Positions 60,535-64,000 of a DNA stretch of 64,000 nucleotides are shown here, one piece after another. The translations under genes and the position numbers were made by a program. Where the stretch lies: sequence record OQ718158.1; one strand, given 5' to 3'. Source of the stretch: Escherichia phage vB_Ec-M-J. A model generated the notes under the pieces. It saw only the letters and a list, made by a program, of their open reading frames with translations. It was not told the origin of the DNA and searched no databases. The first letter of the stretch is position 1; the number at the start of each line of letters is the position of its first letter.

Positions 60535-60801
60535 ATGAAGCTTAAATTACAATACAATGGTTTTACTTTGCGTAACGACACTGAGTTTGTCAATCGTTCA
60601 CCAGGTGCTGAGTTGTTTTTGCGAGAGATGAACATTCCTTTCGTCATCACTACTGTTGGTGACCGTGAAGTGCTACAATACGCAGAGCATCCAGTTATTG
60701 ATGTTCCGTGGTATTCTGAGCATATGTATATGGATATGGCCCGTCGCTACGACTGTAAGTTCGTAGTTGAAGGTGATAAAATTACAGTCCAATTCAAATA
60801 A
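60535..60801 (+). CDS. hypothetical protein (88 aa)
   Basis: ATG with SD agaggat. Confidence 0.6.
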   Translation: MKLKLQYNGFTLRNDTEFVNRSPGAELFLREMNIPFVITTVGDREVLQYAEHPVIDVPWYSEHMYMDMARRYDCKFVVEGDKITVQFK

Positions 60802-60812
60802 GGTAACTTAAA

Positions 60813-61106
60813 ATGATCAGTACTTCAGTAAATGCAAGCATCGTGGCAGACGTAGAAATGGTTAAAGAATGTACAGACGAAACCCTTCGCAACATGTACA
60901 TCAATGATTTGATTTCAGAGTACGGAAGTCGTGGTGTTCATGAGTTTGTTCGCCTAAGCGGTGAATTGATGAAGAATCGCATTCGTATGAAGCTTAATGT
61001 GCATCCAAAAGCATGGGCGTTTACAATGAAGTACGCTGAAGATATTGTTGAGTTGCGTCGCAATGATGTGTATAATCGTTTACACAATGGTACATTAAAG
61101 GACTAA
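60813..61106 (+). CDS. hypothetical protein (97 aa)
   Basis: ATG with SD aaggtaa. Confidence 0.6.
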   Translation: MISTSVNASIVADVEMVKECTDETLRNMYINDLISEYGSRGVHEFVRLSGELMKNRIRMKLNVHPKAWAFTMKYAEDIVELRRNDVYNRLHNGTLKD

Positions 61107-61156
61107 ATTATAGGAATCCGTAAAAGGATTCCTGTTCTTGTTTATAAGGTAATAAA

Positions 61157-61381
61157 ATGAAATATCTAGTACTAGTACTGCTATTCTTGAGTACTGTTGT
61201 ATGTGCTAAACCAAAGTATCATGTAGTGTGTATCAACGAGATGGAAGGATATACTGAAACATATAAGAACCATATTGTTGAAGTTGCAGCCCAAGGTTCC
61301 TATGGGACCATCATCTTCCTTAAGAACAATGTGATTGTTCAGTACAAAAAAGATTCAAATTGTAAAGTGACTAAAAAATGA
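61157..61381 (+). CDS. secreted protein with signal peptide (74 aa)
   Basis: N-terminus MKYLVLVLLFLSTVVCA. Confidence 0.55.
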   Translation: MKYLVLVLLFLSTVVCAKPKYHVVCINEMEGYTETYKNHIVEVAAQGSYGTIIFLKNNVIVQYKKDSNCKVTKK

Positions 61382-61451
61382 TCTAGATCAATTTTTCAGA
61401 TATTCTCTGTAAATAATAGCAGTACAGAACATTATTTTACGGAGGTGTAAT

Positions 61452-61688
61452 ATGGAAACTATAATCATCATATGTGCGTTGTTTGCATTTTTGGTAATGT
61501 GGTCACCAACATTCATTGCATATAAAATGAAAAATAAAAATGCAGAAGCAATTATGTACGTAAACTTATGTTGCATACTAACTTATGGAATACTTTTATT
61601 CTTTACTGAATTTACATTAATCCCAGTAGTAGTTTGTTCATCAATGTTTATTTGGTTGTTTCTGCTTTATGAATCTATTAAAAAATAA
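61452..61688 (+). CDS. small membrane protein (78 aa)
   Basis: Three hydrophobic segments; SD ggaggtg. Confidence 0.55.
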   Translation: METIIIICALFAFLVMWSPTFIAYKMKNKNAEAIMYVNLCCILTYGILLFFTEFTLIPVVVCSSMFIWLFLLYESIKK

Positions 61689-61742
61689 AAGATATAGGGT
61701 TGGTAATATGCCATCCCTTTTACTTTATGTGGGGTTTAATTA

Positions 61743-62315
61743 ATGAATAGAAAAGGTAAGTTCAAAGTATCAAAGAAGAACAAAAGTTCTAGATTTAGAC
61801 CTATAACTTTAACTTTTAAGGCTAAAGAAGAATTAACTGCACTTAGTAAAAAGATAATTTCATCTAAGATTAAAGTATCATACGTAAATTCGGTAAAATT
61901 TCAGAAGGTTAAACCACAAGACAAACTCATTTCACTTATATTTAAACGTAATGATTTTGAGATATTAGTAGATGATTATAGAGCCTATAATGCTGGATTC
62001 ATTCATGTCACTTGTAATACCGAACTAACTGAGTTGGAACATTTGACATGTATCATAAGTGTAGATAACGGTGTGGTGAAGTACAATTTTTTACATTTTA
62101 CCAATATCAATAATGGAATGGGTGTACAATCCAGACCTATAGTACCTACATGTGATGTGACTAATTTAGCAAAGCTCAATGAAGAAGAATATTTTCAAGA
62201 AAGCATTGTAACTGAGCATTTAGATGCTATAATAGCAACTTACAAAGAATGCATATGGGTTTTGAATGCGATAAAGCCCAAATTGTGTTTAATGAATGTC
62301 GTTCGTGATTTATAA
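61743..62315 (+). CDS. FQxS-motif family protein (190 aa)
   Basis: NEEEYFQESIVTE. Confidence 0.65.
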   Translation: MNRKGKFKVSKKNKSSRFRPITLTFKAKEELTALSKKIISSKIKVSYVNSVKFQKVKPQDKLISLIFKRNDFEILVDDYRAYNAGFIHVTCNTELTELEHLTCIISVDNGVVKYNFLHFTNINNGMGVQSRPIVPTCDVTNLAKLNEEEYFQESIVTEHLDAIIATYKECIWVLNAIKPKLCLMNVVRDL

Positions 62316-62328
62316 CTGGAGATGTAGT

Positions 62329-62772
62329 ATGGGTTGGATTAACGTTAATAGCATTGAACTAAATGAGCAAGACATATTTGCCTTTGTTAATTTGGTAGAG
62401 AACATTGCTATTAAAGGTCGTCTGTTTAGTTCATCGGACGGTAAAAAATGGATCTCTCTTATGAACGACAATGGCGAGATTTATGACGTTATGCAACTAC
62501 CTCATTGGGCTTATAAGAATACATCTGATGATGTGATGGCTGCTGTTATGCGTGAGTTTGAGAAGCTGCCAGGTGGTGATATTAAGAACATCGTATTCAA
62601 TGCAGAACGCATGAACTACACACCAGAGCAGCTTCAACAGTTGGCAATTGCTGCCTATCAAGCTGCCATTAAGAAACCTGAATGTGTGATATTAAAGTAC
62701 ACACCGAACTTGAAGTTAACACTAGAAGATATGGATTCCTTTATCTTCAGTTCAGAACTTAAACAGTACTGA
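62329..62772 (+). CDS. hypothetical protein (147 aa)
   Basis: ATG 62329 with SD ggag (ORF-track ATG 62296 overlaps upstream gene). Confidence 0.55.
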   Translation: MGWINVNSIELNEQDIFAFVNLVENIAIKGRLFSSSDGKKWISLMNDNGEIYDVMQLPHWAYKNTSDDVMAAVMREFEKLPGGDIKNIVFNAERMNYTPEQLQQLAIAAYQAAIKKPECVILKYTPNLKLTLEDMDSFIFSSELKQY

Positions 62773-62883
62773 TTTGACTTTGGAACAACCATTTCATATG
62801 TGATATAATCTTAAGTGTCTGTTGAAATAAACAGCACATGAAGTATAAATATTAAAGTAATTTATCTCTTTAAGGAGTATGAA

Positions 62884-63267
62884 ATGGTTGATAAATGGAA
62901 TAAGAAAGATCCATCGCATGATGTGGATATTTCTGGAATTGATAATGCACATAAGCATAAGTATCTTGATTCACTAGGTCTACTAAAGCCTGACCAAAGT
63001 CTTGCACATGATCGTCCTTCACGCGAAAAAGCTTTCAGTTTAGAATCACTAGGCCATGAATTGAATCGTGTATTTGAAGATCATCCAATTTATGTACGTG
63101 ATATCATTGAGAAACTTAAAGTGACTCCTAAAGAGCACTTCAAGGCAACAGTACACGCAGCATTCCGTGCACTACATGAAGCACTAAAGAAAACTCATAA
63201 CCTTCGTAAGATTCATGATGATATCGTGAACTCTATTGAAGGCGAAAAACATAAGTTTAAAAAATAA
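62884..63267 (+). CDS. hypothetical basic protein (127 aa)
   Basis: ATG with SD aaggag. Confidence 0.65.
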   Translation: MVDKWNKKDPSHDVDISGIDNAHKHKYLDSLGLLKPDQSLAHDRPSREKAFSLESLGHELNRVFEDHPIYVRDIIEKLKVTPKEHFKATVHAAFRALHEALKKTHNLRKIHDDIVNSIEGEKHKFKK

Positions 63268-63273
63268 TTAAAA

Positions 63274-63297
63274 GGGGTTGACTTCAGTCAGCCCTTT
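63274..63297 (+). terminator. terminator-like hairpin, TTGACT in stem and TATAAT 19 nt downstream
   Basis: ggggttgac ttca gtcagccc then tttg; weak U-tail. Confidence 0.45.
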
Positions 63298-63354
63298 GTC
63301 GTATAATATTTTCATCAAGTGATACAAAATACAAACAACGTGAGGTATTAAATT

Positions 63355-63468
63355 ATGCAAGGTACTAAATTCATCATCGCTGCCCTAATCGCTGCTGTTG
63401 TAGTGGGTACAGTATGTTATTCAATTGACACCTATATCAATACACCTAGTGTTGAACAAACCAAATAA
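63355..63468 (+). CDS. small membrane protein (37 aa), not in ORF track
   Basis: ATG with SD gtgagg; hydrophobic core FIIAALIAAVVVGTV. Confidence 0.4.
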   Translation: MQGTKFIIAALIAAVVVGTVCYSIDTYINTPSVEQTK

Positions 63469-63476
63469 GGGATATC

Positions 63477-63740
63477 ATGGCTGAAACATTATCACTATAT
63501 GCGTTAGTACTGTTATTTGTCGGATTTCTTCCCGCACTCATTACAGCCATTCGTGTTGTTAAACATGAAGCTGCATTGATTGTATGTAGTATTGGGTCGA
63601 ACATTCTATTGTATTTCTTTTTGACAAACACTATTGTACTGTTCGCTTTCTTTATCATGATTCTGTGGGTACTTGTAATTCTCGGATTCTTCATTTGGTC
63701 ATTGGTTGATCCTAAGAAAAAAACAGGAGAAGTGAAATGA
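63477..63740 (+). CDS. polytopic small membrane protein (87 aa)
   Basis: Three hydrophobic segments. Confidence 0.6.
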   Translation: MAETLSLYALVLLFVGFLPALITAIRVVKHEAALIVCSIGSNILLYFFLTNTIVLFAFFIMILWVLVILGFFIWSLVDPKKKTGEVK

Positions 63741-64000
63741 AATTAATTATTGTAATGATGATGTTTTTGGCTTTCCCAGTACTGGCTACTCCTAATCTGG
63801 ACTGCACACTGTTGCGTTCAGATGGTGACACACTTGAAATCAACACATATGAACTCTTTGGTCCAAGTGTAGTGGAGAATGAAACCACCTACAATTTCAA
63901 AGCTATTGACTTTGAAGGTAATGTTCCAGTACTAACTACAATGACTATTGACAAAACTACTTTACTCGGACGAATCACCACACAACGCGGAGAAAGTAAA
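63737..64000 (+). CDS. 5' part of a secreted protein gene running off the window end
   Basis: ATGA overlap with upstream stop; signal-peptide-like N-terminus; no stop before window end. Confidence 0.5.
   Translation, partial: MKLIIVMMMFLAFPVLATPNLDCTLLRSDGDTLEINTYELFGPSVVENETTYNFKAIDFEGNVPVLTTMTIDKTTLLGRITTQRGESK

Noticed and set aside
62774-62809. TTGACT ... TATAAT pair upstream of the gene at 62884 as a promoter
   Set aside because: Spacer is about 24 nt, outside the usual 16-18 nt for sigma70 promoters.

Overview
AT-rich, densely packed segment of a large virulent dsDNA phage genome, coded almost entirely on the + strand (one clear minus-strand gene, 44300-45457). The first ~15 kb is a T4-like replication/early module: type II topoisomerase large subunit (GyrB-like ATPase plus Toprim in one ORF) and medium subunit (GyrA-like), clamp-loader gp44 homologue, GroES-like gp31 homologue and a DEDDh 3'-5' exonuclease (DexA-like). 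The remaining ~50 kb is a hyperplastic early-type region of more than 100 small ORFs with frequent ATGA stop/start overlaps, many sigma70-type promoters (TTGAC-N16-18-TATAAT) and hairpin+T-run terminators. It also holds two tRNA clusters (Ser-TGA, a D-armless tRNA-like element, Ser-GCT, Met/Ile-CAT, Asn-GTT), two HNH nuclease genes, an orphan C5-cytosine methyltransferase and a canonical sigma70-family sigma factor. The most striking feature is a paralogous family of at least 21 small proteins (~125-195 aa) with divergent N-terminal parts and a conserved C-proximal motif [ED]-E-x-x-F-[QM]-x-S-[TL]-[VI]. I found no described counterpart and no function can be assigned from sequence. Other notable signals: two ORF-free, locally GC-richer regions that look like structured RNAs (36572-36912; 51240-51770), promoters embedded in terminator hairpins, a 22-nt promoter cassette present three times, a tandem triplication of a ~54-codon gene, and apparent genome-wide enrichment of the palindrome AGTACT. 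All calls are from reading the sequence and the ORF track; no database search was run. Starts were adjusted where the ORF track began at TTG/GTG or upstream of a better SD+ATG. Coordinates of short motifs may be off by 1-2 nt.
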